DNA from: Squalus acanthias
Lineage: Eukaryota
Assembly (NCBI GenBank): GCA_030390025.1
Contig: JASTWF010000180.1
Location: 310,001-374,000, forward strand
Reading direction: 5' to 3'
DNA length: 64,000 nt
This document shows positions 62,876 to 64,000 of this stretch, one piece after another. Under the pieces are notes generated by a model that was not told the origin of the DNA, made no database searches, and saw nothing but the letters and a program-made list of their open reading frames with translations. Within the stretch, counting starts at the first letter, position 1. Each line of letters begins with the position of its first letter. The position numbers were made by a program, and so were the translations under genes.

Positions 62876-63110
62876 ATTCACCCAGCTTCTTATTGGTCGT
62901 TATGCGGATTTCAAGCTATGTTTGGTTAAGGGCACAGGATAGGAAGAGCAGTGAGTGATATGGGTGGGAGGTGTCATCTGGGCCACACCTCCGCTCCGCC
63001 GTTCACTCTCGGGAACCTAGTTATGTCGCCAATCGTGTCTCGCTGCTCCAGATTCGGCCAGGGGCCCTGAGGTCGTCCTAACAGCCCATCAGTCACACAA
63101 GCTCCAAGTC

Positions 63111-63972
63111 ATGGAAATCGTCACCTGTCTCGGAGTGATTCTGGCTCATGTGGCCCGTGAGTTTCCCTTCGCGTTTTTCACTCCAATAAGATATTCGGAG
63201 AAACGACTATCAGGAAAAGATTAAACAGTCTGAGCCTCTTTTCTCTAGCAATTAGAAGACCGATAGGTGACCTAATAGAGGTATTTAAAATTATGAAAGT
63301 GTTTGATCGGGTAGACGTAGAGAAGATGTTTCCATTTGTGGGGGGAGTCCAACACTAGGGACCATAATTATAAGGTAAATAATAAATCCAATAACGGATT
63401 CAGGAGCAAGTGTCTTACTTGGATTGTGGTGAGAATGTGGAATTCGCTATGTAAGGGCAAGCTAGATAAGTTCAGGAGGGAGAAAATAATAGTGGATTGG
63501 TGTTTCGGGTGAGGTGAAGTAAATAGAATGGGAGGATAATCGTGTGGAGCATCAACAGCGTAATAGACCGTTTGGGCCCAGAGGCCTGTTTCTGTGCTGT
63601 AAATACTATGTGAAAAATTAAGTTATTTCCACTTTAAATTCTCTTGCCCTTTGTTCTTCTTCTATTAACAGAAGCCAGCTCTGACATTGTGCTCACCCAG
63701 TCAGATTCGGCCACCACAAAGACAGACGGGGTCCCATCAACTATCGTGTGAATTCACTGGGGGCGACATTGATGACCACATTATATACTGGTATCGGCAG
63801 TTTCCAGGGAAGGGCCTGGAATGGGTAGCCAGATTTTACGATTCCTCGAATATCAATTATGCTACTGGGCTTCGAGACCGATTCTCTGCTTCAGCCGACA
63901 GCTCTACGTTATATTTAAGATTGAGGGACATTGCGGCCGACGATGCTGCCGTGTATTACTGCGCAGCCAACA
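63111..63972 (+). pseudogene. IgHV-like V segment (V7) with +1 frameshift; leader exon 63111-63156, V exon 63672-63972
   Basis: Leader MEIVTCLGVILAHVA with C|gtgagt donor, attaacag acceptor; DIVLTQSDSATTKTDG/SHQLSCEF...IYWYRQFPGKGLEWVA...NYATGLRDRFSAS...DAAVYYCAAN; one extra nt at or near GGGG 63728-63731; absent from the ORF track. Confidence 0.88.
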
Positions 63973-64000
63973 CACAGCCAGAGGAACACCAGCTGAGCTG
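63973..64000 (+). promoter_or_regulatory. RSS of V7 (truncated by window end)
   Basis: CACAGCC heptamer; no nonamer at 12 bp, so the spacer is probably 22-23 bp. Confidence 0.7.

Overview
Vertebrate genomic DNA, most likely a cartilaginous fish (HE1/V-SINE-like and Deu-domain SINEs, abundant CR1 LINEs). The window is part of a T-cell receptor alpha/delta (TCRAD)-type variable-gene cluster. Seven Ig-superfamily V segments were found by reading leader exons, splice sites and recombination signal sequences (RSS). Six have complete 23-bp-spacer RSSs; the seventh RSS is cut by the window end. One V is inverted (6.6-7.1 kb, minus strand) and six are on the plus strand (24.4-25.2, 26.3-26.6, 33.6-34.0, 37.0-37.5 pseudogene, 52.0-52.8 Ig-like, 63.1-64.0 IgHV-like with a 1-nt frameshift). 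No D, J or clear C exon was identified. The rest is mostly repeats: CR1 and a second CR1/L2-group LINE family, Penelope fragments, SINEs, two MITEs, and an intact young Ty3/Gypsy element (identical 183-bp LTRs, 5-bp TSD, no tRNA primer site but a possible self-priming fold). The most notable structure is about 11 kb of a 52-54-bp satellite in two arrays. Its monomer reads CACAGTG-ATACAGAGAGAC(12 bp)-ACCAACAGA on the minus strand, i.e. about 200 monomers, many carrying a 12-RSS-like site, among 23-RSS V genes. Everything was read by eye; no database searches were run and repeat boundaries are approximate.
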